64,000 nucleotides of DNA from Oopsacas minuta (Eukaryota; Animalia; Porifera). Shown here piece by piece: positions 23,261 to 32,963 of this stretch. The stretch spans positions 851,557-915,556 of the forward strand of contig JAKMXF010000011.1 of NCBI GenBank assembly GCA_024704765.1, written 5' to 3'. Made by a program: the position numbers and the translations under genes. The notes under the pieces were generated by a model that saw only the letters and a list, made by a program, of their open reading frames with translations, ran no database searches and was not told the origin of the DNA. Numbering within the stretch: position 1 is the stretch's first letter; each line of letters starts with the position of its first letter.

Positions 23261-23851
23261 ATGTCTGGAATATGGGATGAAGGATTATTCGGGTGTTTTG
23301 GCGATTGTAAACTGTGTAAGTACGGAAAATAACAAATTACAATTATTCTAGAATATTCTATTACGTATACTGTCCTATAGGTTTACTACAATACTTTTGT
23401 CCCTGCCTGGTGCTTGGATATGTGGGTGAGACAGTAGGAAAGAATAAGAAAAAGGCTTGTGTAGCGTATTTCATACCTCTCTTGAATCTATATTGTCTAT
23501 ACCAATTGAGAAGTAAGGTTAAAGACAGGAAAGGAATTGAAGTAAGTAATATATAAATATTTTTCTTAAGAAGTGAGTAGGAACGCGTTAATTCGAATTA
23601 CGGATAAAGCGAACAATCTTGATCGTTTATTGGTGTTCGTATTAACGAGGTTCCGTCATATCATAGGAATTTGTTTTTAGGAGAGCAGAGCTGCTAGTAT
23701 TTTCTTTGTGCTTTTCTGTACATTTTGTGCGTTAAATCAGATGGCAAGAGTAAGTTCATTAGCGTCTTCCCACTAGGATTTTAGGTAAATCAATGATTTT
23801 TTATAGGAAACTGGAAGTGGACCTTATGGAGAAAGTATGGCAAGAGAATAA
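23261..23851 (+). CDS. PLAC8/cornifelin family Cys-rich protein, 4 exons: 23261-23315, 23381-23541, 23681-23749, 23807-23851 (109 aa; absent from the ORF track)
   Basis: The spliced translation MSGIWDEGLFGCFGDCKLCLLQYFCPCLVLG...LRSKVKDRKGIE...FCTFCALNQMARE carries the W..GLF.C, CPC, R..V.....I and C..CAL.Q..RE PLAC8 signatures. All donors are GTAAGT and all acceptors are TAG. Confidence 0.93.
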
Positions 23852-23979
23852 ATATCACAAATATAGACAAGCAAAAAGACCATTTATGAAATTTATTTAG
23901 CTCAATTATTGTATTCATATTAAACCATAAATACCATGTAATTATACTCTACAAGTAGAGAGAGGGCTTCAGTGCAGTC

Positions 23980-24101
23980 AAAAGGGCTTTTGCTGTATAT
24001 GGCACAGTTAATATTGTATTAGCTGCGGAATCGCCATCAAGAGATTTCGGAAGCATAATTTTTGGAAACGGGCCGTGGGTATCAGCTTGATCCAACGCCC
24101 A
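23980..24101 (+). ncRNA. RNU11: U11 small nuclear RNA (minor spliceosome)
   Basis: 5' AAAAGGGCTT (the region that pairs with U12-type 5' splice sites), the near-invariant TGCGGAATCG-CATCAAGAGATTTCGGAAGC block, the Sm site ATAATTTTTGG, and a 3' stem opened by GGGC and closed by GCCC. All are in the order and spacing of metazoan U11 as recalled. Confidence 0.92.
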
Positions 24102-24202
24102 TTGAACACAAATATAGGTATACATTTATAATATAGCAAATATATACATTTATTATATAGCAAATATATACATGGATAATTAGCACTAGCAAATTGTAGC
24201 TA

Positions 24203-26785
24203 TTAACTGGCTGGGAATTTTGATTTAAATAATCTTAAATCGTGATGACAATCTGTGATCATCTTCAAAATATCTCTTGGTAAGGATTTAGCATCTATAT
24301 CATTAATAATAGTTTCTAGTCGTTGGTAAACGTGATATAGCGTGGCGAGAAAATTCGCGAATTGCTCCTTCAGGGCTTTATTCGTTGGCTCATTGCCTAT
24401 AAGTCTAACCCGAAATCTCTTAATAATGAGTTGAATTACATGATATGATGTTTCTAATTGATAATTCGGGGATTTAATATTAATCCAATCCAGTAGAGAG
24501 TCTAGGAGAGTTTGGCTTGTCTTTATAGTCCAATTGAACTCTTTAGTTAGAAATAATTTTATTATATGTGAATAGAATTGAGGATCAGATTTAGACAATT
24601 GGGTAGGATGGCTGCTTAACACGTCTAGTGCTTGTTGACTCTTTCCTGAAGACCAAAACGGGAGAATTTTACTATAAATAGCCAATCTTTGTGTTAGACT
24701 AGGATAAATGTGATCGTGTCCTTTTAGAATATTTCGAAAATCTATTTCATCTTCAGTAGCATTTTCTATCAGAATTTGGAATTCTATTGGTTGGGAAGAT
24801 AAATCTAATTTTGTGGATTTATTTGATACAGTTGACTGTAGAGATAATTGTGGATTAATGCCAAAACCATTCGACATTTCTACATAGGAATTATTTTGAA
24901 CAAAATTAGATTTCAGTGAGTACATTGTGGAATCTGACGTCACAGTAGAATAGGGTGTAGCCTCAGTCACTTCTGAAATGGTTGGGGAGCGCCTGGATAC
25001 GTATCCGTTTGTTTGGAATGTATCAATATCTTGATGAAAATAGTTTATATCTGAATCTAATATGTCGTCATTTTCTTTCGCTACATCAAGTAATGGGATT
25101 TGACCATTCGTTTCTATGCCGTTATCCTGAATATTACTCACTTTAAGAGTCTCATCTTTTACTTTAGTTTTCTTCATAATAGCTTGCTGCATACATGGTG
25201 GAATATATTCTATGTCATCAAACTTAACGCGGTTTTTAACACGAGCAGTTTTACTCGAAGCTTCTATCCGTTTGAGTATATAATTAGTTCGAATCGTTTG
25301 TTGGGTGTTCTGCTGTTTAAATGGTATAGGCTGTGGTTCTAGATAAGGATTATACGAGTATAGAGCGTAGTCTTCTTCTAAGTCTGGTAACTTCTTGTAA
25401 GCGTATTTAACTGTGTTTGATTTAGTTGAGAATTCAGCATCGAATAATACTGGTGTTTCGTCAATAAATGGACTAACGGTTAAGCTATCTTCTTCTGGAG
25501 ATGATACACTTTTTTGGGAGGTTTGAGTTTGTTTTAGAATGTTCAAAAGTTTGTGAGTGTAGCTATCTATTAGTCTAGAGTTTGAAAAATTCGTTGATAT
25601 AAACACGTTTGATATATACCCATTGTTGTGTATTTCAAGTAAGCAGCATTTAGATAGGCAAACAAGTGATGTAGGAGGGAATGGATATAGGGAATTAGCA
25701 TTTCTTTGACGGCTGACTACGACAGAAGGTAATTCTCCTAGAGTTGGTATTTCCATTGAGAGAGAATGCCAATTGGTGTGTGATGAAATATCTAAGTATT
25801 CATCCTCATCAATAATATGTGAAACTGTAAAAAACGCGCGCGTATATTCATTAAAATGTGCATGGCCAGGCAGATTATTGTGAAGTACTATCATAGACAC
25901 TTTGTGTGTATTACAACTGAACATTATATCTATTCCTAACGCTTTATAGTTATAGAAGTATGCAGCTGGTCTGTGCAGTGATTTAGTATAGTATTTCGTA
26001 GTAGGAGTACCTAAGTTGGTTAGTACTTCCTGTGACGTACAACTACAGTATATAATGTGTGTTCTATTTCTGAGTGTAAAGTATATGTAGTTGTGTGTTG
26101 AGTTGTATTTGTATACAGGAAAGATTGGTGTGAGATTTCGCGAGGGTTCTAAATGTGTCTGTGTGGAGTACGTGTCAGAGACGATTATGACAGATTTTAG
26201 TTTATATTGTAAGGTATCAACTCGCGGAATTTCGCTCGTTACAGTGCTTAAGGTATCTGTCTGTACGCTTGATAGAGAGTGAAATTCATCGTCTTCATTT
26301 TCATTATAGAAAAGGTACTTTGTTGAGTTTTCATCTTCTCCAAATATTTCCAAAAACTTCATCTGCTTTTCTGATATATCTTGAATTGTAAATCGTTTCT
26401 TCTTAAAGGTTTTCAGAAATTGTGAAAGATTTTCCATAGATTTATATCCATCCTGCTTTTCACCACCTATCCTAATGACGTCACTCTCTTTGCTATATTG
26501 TATCACTAAATTCTGGTCTTTTTCTTGCAAGGAAAGTTTCATAAAATGTAAATTTTGTAAATAAGGCTCAAACGCAAGTAATAGCTCGTAATGACACTCA
26601 AAAATAGTTAAATAAGAGCGTAGCAGTAAATGTTGATGGAAGGGATGAGAATCAGAGTATTCGATGGAAGATGGGTGATTGACCACGCGAAATTCTTTGC
26701 TCAGATTAGTCACATCGCGAAAAGATTGTCCAAGCTTGAATGGACCAATCCCGGTCCCTTGTTGTATCAAAATCTCACTCGACAT
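24203..26785 (-). CDS. PHAF1: Single-exon 860-aa protein: N-terminal PHAF1 (C16orf70/UPF0183) domain, low-complexity linker and C-terminal katanin p80 con80-like domain
   Basis: The N-terminal ~400 aa carry the PHAF1 motifs QEVLTNLGTP, YFYNYKALGIDIMF...THKV...VLHNNLPGHAHFNEY and EIHNNGYISNV. From about aa 678, EDEIDFRNILKGHDHIYPSLTQR...FWSSG...NWTIKTSQTLL...LIIKRF resembles the KATNB1/KATNBL1 con80 domain. Confidence 0.8.
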   Translation of the reverse strand: MSSEILIQQGTGIGPFKLGQSFRDVTNLSKEFRVVNHPSSIEYSDSHPFHQHLLLRSYLTIFECHYELLLAFEPYLQNLHFMKLSLQEKDQNLVIQYSKESDVIRIGGEKQDGYKSMENLSQFLKTFKKKRFTIQDISEKQMKFLEIFGEDENSTKYLFYNENEDDEFHSLSSVQTDTLSTVTSEIPRVDTLQYKLKSVIIVSDTYSTQTHLEPSRNLTPIFPVYKYNSTHNYIYFTLRNRTHIIYCSCTSQEVLTNLGTPTTKYYTKSLHRPAAYFYNYKALGIDIMFSCNTHKVSMIVLHNNLPGHAHFNEYTRAFFTVSHIIDEDEYLDISSHTNWHSLSMEIPTLGELPSVVVSRQRNANSLYPFPPTSLVCLSKCCLLEIHNNGYISNVFISTNFSNSRLIDSYTHKLLNILKQTQTSQKSVSSPEEDSLTVSPFIDETPVLFDAEFSTKSNTVKYAYKKLPDLEEDYALYSYNPYLEPQPIPFKQQNTQQTIRTNYILKRIEASSKTARVKNRVKFDDIEYIPPCMQQAIMKKTKVKDETLKVSNIQDNGIETNGQIPLLDVAKENDDILDSDINYFHQDIDTFQTNGYVSRRSPTISEVTEATPYSTVTSDSTMYSLKSNFVQNNSYVEMSNGFGINPQLSLQSTVSNKSTKLDLSSQPIEFQILIENATEDEIDFRNILKGHDHIYPSLTQRLAIYSKILPFWSSGKSQQALDVLSSHPTQLSKSDPQFYSHIIKLFLTKEFNWTIKTSQTLLDSLLDWINIKSPNYQLETSYHVIQLIIKRFRVRLIGNEPTNKALKEQFANFLATLYHVYQRLETIINDIDAKSLPRDILKMITDCHHDLRLFKSKFPAS

Positions 26786-27220
26786 TCGGAATAATAACTA
26801 ACTTCCAATTAAAATGCTTACATATAGATTTATGGATACAGCTTGAGGATTAGCCTTGAGTTATATCACAATGGAATCTAAAATTCATTTCTATAACTTG
26901 TATAAATATAAATAGGAAGTATAGTGATTCATGGCATATGGTGAAATCTAGTGGATAAATTGGAGATTAAATCAGGAGGTTTTTCGTAGTTAGCTCGTTG
27001 GTATTCGACATCGCCCTTCACCGAGGGGGGCAATTATTCGAGTGCTACTATTCACGCTATTACGGTATTAACCGATTGCTAGGAATCTAAACTTAGCCAG
27101 AAGAAATAGCATTCGGATAATCCCTAATTAATTATCTCTACGTACAGCTACTTATAATACATCAATACATATTACAATGATTCAACCATGAGATAACTAT
27201 CCTAAAACAGATATAGCAAA

Positions 27221-27631
27221 CTAAACCAATACTCCTTGTATAGTTTTCTTCTCGCTTGGTGTATCAATCTCTTTCTCGTCATTTTCACCTTCAACTTTGA
27301 TTTGGTACTCATCTTTATAGGCATTGATTTCTTTGCCCTTCGCAAGTAATTGTTCGTTTAACTTTATTAAAATTAGACCCATTTTGTCGTAATTAACACA
27401 TAAACCTGGCAATACTGATACTACATCTCTCTCCACAAGGACACCACCCACCATTCTAAAACATTTCCGTTCAGGATCTAGCTCCTTCAATGTCTCAATC
27501 ACTAATTTATGTTCATTCTGGTCTACTTCAATTTCACTTATCTTCACTGCAATAGATCGCTGTTCTGAGCGCAACTTTTGGAAATGCTGGACAATTTCTT
27601 CTTTAGACTTTTTAGTCCCTGAGCTTGCCAT
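27221..27631 (-). CDS. PFDN2: Prefoldin subunit 2
   Basis: FQKLRSEQRSIAVKISEIE...EHKLVIETLK...RKCFRMVGGVLVER...GKEINAYK, ending in GVLV. Confidence 0.97.
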   Translation of the reverse strand: MASSGTKKSKEEIVQHFQKLRSEQRSIAVKISEIEVDQNEHKLVIETLKELDPERKCFRMVGGVLVERDVVSVLPGLCVNYDKMGLILIKLNEQLLAKGKEINAYKDEYQIKVEGENDEKEIDTPSEKKTIQGVLV

Positions 27632-27853
27632 AATTAGCTATGAACTATGAGTTGTATTAAAAATAGTAAACGCTTAATCCTGACAAACACTGTAAGAATA
27701 TTTAAGATATTTTGCAATCAGGAAATCATGCTGAAAACAAGAAAGTATAGTCATCAGCTGAAAAAATAATACAAGAAACATCTCTAATCACTTATAATAA
27801 CAACATACAAGTATTTACACCAATAAATACAACTACATACCTATTCAATGATC

Positions 27854-30800
27854 CTATTTCTCTTGGCAAATAAGGTCTATAACACTGGTATCCATTAGAA
27901 TTGGATCGATACAGCGAGATACTGAGCTTGTTAAAATATCCTCTATCAAATCCAGTATTAAATTCTCGTTAGCTACGAATCTCCAAATATATATATGTAG
28001 ATAAGCTAGGTCTAATTGCATCTGTTGTAGACCATATTTTCCGAAAGTACACGCGCGGACAGCTTCGAGAAATCCTTTAAGCGTTATCTTTATAATTCCG
28101 GTTAGAATAGAGAATTTGTTGAAATTGACTGAGTAATAATAAGTCATTCTTTCTGAGAATAAGCGGGATACGTTGATACTCCCAATCTGACTAGATCCTG
28201 AATGATGTCCATGGAAAAGTTTCCTCTGTTGATAACCCTATACAATAAATTGCACTCTTCAATTATTAGTATAAATAATTAAAAGTCCAGCTGATAGACT
28301 GGGGTGTACTGCAATTCGAGGTGCTGTGAGCGTACAACAAAATAGAATAGGAGGGTTTATACAATGTGCAAAGCCTCCAGACTGGCCTAACTTTAACGAT
28401 CAAAAAGATGTGAAAATATTCACTATACAAAGATTTCACATACGTTGTACATAGTCCATGCCAATAGGGTATCTCCCGCGCTAAAAATTGTATACCTATC
28501 TACCTGTAAGTAATTCTTCTTGCTACCCTCTGAACTCTCCTCCTTAACACCCTCAACAAACAGCATACCAGCTAGAGAGTCCAGATAACTCAACTCATCC
28601 ACACTGCGTTTAATAACAAGTGTGACGTCATTAGGTTCAGTAGTAGGTAGCATCCAATCTTGTGTAACTAGATTATCACTAAATAATTGAGACAGCTGGT
28701 CACCTGATAAATACACGAATCTATTCAGTAAGTTAGAAGCTGTTTTATTAGCTCGTATTCTTGTGTTTTTAACTGGAGAAGCTTCCAAGGGTTCGCTCAG
28801 CTCTGCTTGGAACATTTCATCTGATTTTGAAGTTAGGAAGCTGATAGTAGAGTTGTATAGCTCCATACAGAATCTGCATAGTACTAGTAGAAATGCTGGA
28901 TATTTGTCGATATTTACTGAAGATGGAAATGATTCTGAAGTCTCTAGAACGTAGTTGAATGTCTGGAGAGAATAGAATATCAAATATGAGACATTGAAAA
29001 TGAATGCAAATACAGTCAACTACCATAAAAGGAAAACTTTACATAAACTAACCTTCTTAACAAGTCCATCTTGAATTCCAATCGCACAAAACTGTTGCCT
29101 GAAATATCTATTCTGTGAGAACTTAATACTAGAAGAAATAAACTCTTTTAGTGCTATTAAGTTAGCCTTAAACGAAGATCTGAATTCATCGTGTAAAGAG
29201 GTGTATAAATTCGCGAGGGGAGGCAATTCCCCTTCGCCACAATCTCTATGCTCATATTTGCTAATATCTGAAAAGGTTTTTTCTAGAAGTGAATAGAAAT
29301 GTTCTTGCAATAGATTTTGGTATAATTGTATCATGGAAAGTGCGATTTTTGACACCAAAGATTCGCACACATCATCAGATGTTATTACAATAACTTGTCG
29401 GTATAATTTGTCTAGAGAGCGGACCAATACGACAGGATCTGAGGTTGGTACCTAGAAGTGCGAAAATATAATAAAACATTATGTACATATGAATAATCAC
29501 ATACCTTGTCTAATAGGAAAGTTTCAGCTTCTGTTAAATAAGCGTGTATTTGATCATGAATAAATGTATCAAAAATAGCTTTCATGTCTTTGTTACTTGT
29601 AAATAGCTCGCGAAATTTCTCACCTAACCTGTGTATATTAAATAATAACCCTCCACAAGCCACACGTATATACTCTTCAATAGTTTTCTGCGGTTTTATC
29701 GCCTTTTGAAAGTGAATATCAATCTCAATTCGACTGGCAACCATGAATAAATCAACCATTTTTTGCCTATCTTCTCCTAGTTTAAGCAACAAGTCAACTG
29801 ATTCAGTATTTTCGTCAGAAAATGGACTTGTATTCTGTACAGTTGTGTGTAGCTTGGTAGTCAGCTGTTGTATAATCTGTGTACATTCTTCGTGTATAGA
29901 GAAGAATGCTGGAGTATCTTTATAACGTTGTAAGATAGGGAGAGCTCTCAAATGGTATCTTTATGAGAGAATTGAATTTAAATGATTTTGATTGAAATAC
30001 AGTGTAACCTTCACAAATGGAGTGCCAAGGACGCCGAAATGCTACCCCATTTTGTCAAATTCCCCGTTTGTGGAGGTTCATATGTATGTCTATGGGACTA
30101 GGAATTGGCTCAATTCATTCTTGACTCAGTTTCCAGGAGTTACCCGTTTCCACAGGCCGGTCTGTGGAGGTTACACTGTACACATTATTGACATAAAATG
30201 ATAATCCAGCTTTGGTTCAATTGGAGCATTTCAGTATAGTTTCCCACTACAAATTTGATGTAAAATATCAAATATAAATGGAAATTACCTTACAGCTAAT
30301 ACATGATGATTCATCTCCAAGCACTTATTTAACCTTCCAGGTAATCCGTATAAGAACTGTAATTTTCTTAATAATTCATGAATCGAAGCTAATTTGTTTA
30401 TTTTAGATTTATGCGGAGATAGTGCTGTATCTATCTGACTACTCATATCGTTAATATTAACCATAGAGTGTTCTAATTTCTCCATTTCTTGTTCCATGTT
30501 TTTGAAGTCTTGACGCATTTTTCTGATTGTTTCGGTAGCCGCAATGAATTTACTATAATTCTCATATACTAGTGTTTGTATATCTGAATCTAATTGCCTA
30601 ACCTAAACAAATAAAAAGTAAATAGATACGTTTTGTCAATAAGAACACAATCCATGGTCCACTTATAGTATAACTTATGTACCTGTTGAGATAGCTTAGT
30701 GTTCTCTTCATCAAGTTGTGTGAGAGTACACTCACTCAATATCTTATCTACATACTTCTTAGATACGAAATATTTACCATTGATATCAACTGGATCTTGG

Positions 30801-30997
30801 ATATCATCTTTAGAAACAAATTCAATCTCAGGTACATTTTTCTTAGAAGAATTGTCTATTTCGTCATGTTGAAGTTCTGGAATTTCATTTTGCTCTGTTT
30901 TGACTTCTTCTCGCTCGCTAGAAACTGTGTCCAAACCGTAGAAAGCTTTTAATAGGCTACGTCGTTCTGTTGGCTGATCACCTTCTACTGTAGCCAT
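27854..30997 (-). CDS. VPS51: VPS51 (GARP/EARP subunit), 6 exons: 30683-30997, 30289-30602, 29505-29958, 29053-29451, 28504-28962, 27854-28237 (774 aa)
   Basis: DPVDING..F, VRQLDSDIQTLVYENYSKFIAATETIRKM, LLRKLQFLYGLP, LVRSLDKLYR and TFGKYGLQQMQLD...WRFV...RCIDPILMDTSVIDLIC. The introns are GT-AG with consistent phases. Confidence 0.95.
30000..30178. mobile_element. MITE family B, intact copy in VPS51 intron 2
   Basis: TA|CAGTGTAACCTTCACAAA ... TCTGTGGAGGTTACACTG|TA; 18-bp TIRs with 2 mismatches and TA on both sides. Confidence 0.9.
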
Positions 30998-31181
30998 TTA
31001 TCTAACATCGGAAAGGTATTATTAAGATAGATATGTAAATATACAACTATGGATAATTGAATAAATCATAAATCATTTGTATTGAAAAGTGGATGGTAGA
31101 AATGTCCACTACCAAATTCACATGAATGAGTTAAACATAAACAACATGCGATGATAACTAATAATCTTAACTACAGAGAAA

Positions 31182-32684
31182 TTATACTGGAGCTATAGCG
31201 TATTTTTGATGTGGTGTCAATTTCTGTTGAGCATGACATGCAAACAACCAGGCAGGTCTCACAAACTGTAAAGAACTGTTGTTAGATAGTGCAGTGTCGA
31301 AATTATCATCCCAAGCAGTCGCACTGATAACATGTGTTACATTTTCACTCATGTACTCAGAGATATGTCCGCCATAAGCTATGACATAACGAGTCATCGT
31401 TTTGTGTTCTACTTCAGTGAAGTCTCCGTATACGAAAATTACACATTGTTCTAGAAAATTCGGTAGATTCATTAGGTCGAGTTCAACTTTCTTTTTAGGT
31501 TTTTGAATAATTTCTTCATCAGTAGAAGCGTCATAAGCTGAATCAGAATCACTGCCTTTGCTACGACTGATGTCATCACTTTTCTGCCAATCCATATCTT
31601 CAGCATCAGATAGCTCATCTGTAGAGTAACTAATGGGATCAGTTTTGGCAACTTTTCGGGGCTTTTTCAGGGATGCTAATTTAGGAAAGCTCCTAGCAGG
31701 CTCGTTAATATCAGCCAGTAGATAGGGCTTGATTGAGAGACGCTGTTTCGTGCTTATACAATCATCTAACCAATCTGGTTTGATAATACAACTTGCTTTA
31801 GATTTGAGTACTTGTTTGTATTTGGGTGTATTCTTAAACGCACAAAGCAAGTGAGTACATTTCTCACTCCAATCTGCTTCGTATTTCGCTCCTAATTGCG
31901 TAGCCTTATCACGAATTTCAGCTCGTAATGGATTCTTAAACCCGGATAGTGCGAAAATAACACATTCTAATATTTGTGACGTATCGATTGGTTTTGTGAC
32001 CATTTTATCATCCTTGGTTTCAATTCTTAACGCTCCAGCTTCTACCTTGATTTCACTGCCGACTGGGCTATTACATGAATCCCTAGCTTTAGCAGCCATA
32101 CTAATATCCTGTTTACTTTCTTGTTTATCTTTTGCTGAGAAAAATATACTTCCAGGTGATAATATAGGTGAAGAATCTTCTTTCATTTTGAACTGTCCAA
32201 AACTATCTACCTTCTTTAAAGTAGGGTCAGCTGATTTATCAGCTGATCTAAGCTTGATGAATGATAGACCAAATGGGTTACTGCTATTGTAATGTTGATG
32301 ACATACGATTTTGACTCGATCCCATTTCTGATTCACTGTTACAGTATTCATTTTATCTTTACTGAACATTTTCACGACATTACAATTCTTCCATGCTTTA
32401 CTATCTGCTGGTGACATGACTGCACTCGTGGGTACCAGAACCTCAAAGTTATCTGGATCAGCTGATCTACCAACTAGTATTTCAATAAAAGAACTACCTT
32501 CATTTCCAATGTCTATTGATTCAATCTGCTGCATAGAATCAAGCTGTATAATCACGCTACCTTGCTTTGTACCTGATGGTACTTTCCATTTCTTATAAGT
32601 TTGAGACTGAAGGAGATTAGAAGCAGGAAATGAAGGCTCTTCATGTGAAACACTCACAATTGAAGATAATTTCAATTCACACAT
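31182..32684 (-). CDS. XRCC1: DNA repair scaffold XRCC1, single exon
   Basis: NTD (IDIGNEGSSFIEILVGRS, QKWDRVKIVC), BRCT1 (FALSGFKNPLRAEIRDKATQLGAKYEADW...THLLCAFKNTPKY) and BRCT2 (RYVIAYGG...VTHVIS...FVRPAW). Confidence 0.97.
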   Translation of the reverse strand: MCELKLSSIVSVSHEEPSFPASNLLQSQTYKKWKVPSGTKQGSVIIQLDSMQQIESIDIGNEGSSFIEILVGRSADPDNFEVLVPTSAVMSPADSKAWKNCNVVKMFSKDKMNTVTVNQKWDRVKIVCHQHYNSSNPFGLSFIKLRSADKSADPTLKKVDSFGQFKMKEDSSPILSPGSIFFSAKDKQESKQDISMAAKARDSCNSPVGSEIKVEAGALRIETKDDKMVTKPIDTSQILECVIFALSGFKNPLRAEIRDKATQLGAKYEADWSEKCTHLLCAFKNTPKYKQVLKSKASCIIKPDWLDDCISTKQRLSIKPYLLADINEPARSFPKLASLKKPRKVAKTDPISYSTDELSDAEDMDWQKSDDISRSKGSDSDSAYDASTDEEIIQKPKKKVELDLMNLPNFLEQCVIFVYGDFTEVEHKTMTRYVIAYGGHISEYMSENVTHVISATAWDDNFDTALSNNSSLQFVRPAWLFACHAQQKLTPHQKYAIAPV

Positions 32685-32723
32685 TCCTATACAAATTCGG
32701 TTGCAAAATATAAAGCTAGAATA

Positions 32724-32890
32724 CAGTCAATTCCCTGTTATATCGGACACGGATATTTCAAATTCTCGCATAAAAATATCGAAGTCATAAATTGTACAAA
32801 TAAGGCCGCATTCCGTAAAAGTAACATAATTTCATCGGTTCGAAGTAATTATCGCGGTTCCTTGAGCTTCGATATAACTGGAGTTTAATG
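32724..32890. mobile_element. MITE family A, copy 3, between XRCC1 and the first FEM1-like gene
   Basis: TA|CAGTCAATTCCCTGTTATATCGGAC ... CTTCGATATAACTGGAGTTTAATG|TA. Confidence 0.85.
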
Positions 32891-32963
32891 TAAAATAGCT
32901 AGAATAGCCATCACTCAAAATTTTATTAATTTATTAAAAAAATGATTTTTATACAACCAATTC

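Noticed and set aside
26979-27050. tRNA-like segment (A-box-like TAGCTCGTTGG, CCTTCAC loop)
   Set aside because: It has no proper acceptor stem, T-arm or B box. At most it is a decayed tRNA or SINE head; tRNAscan-SE would settle it.
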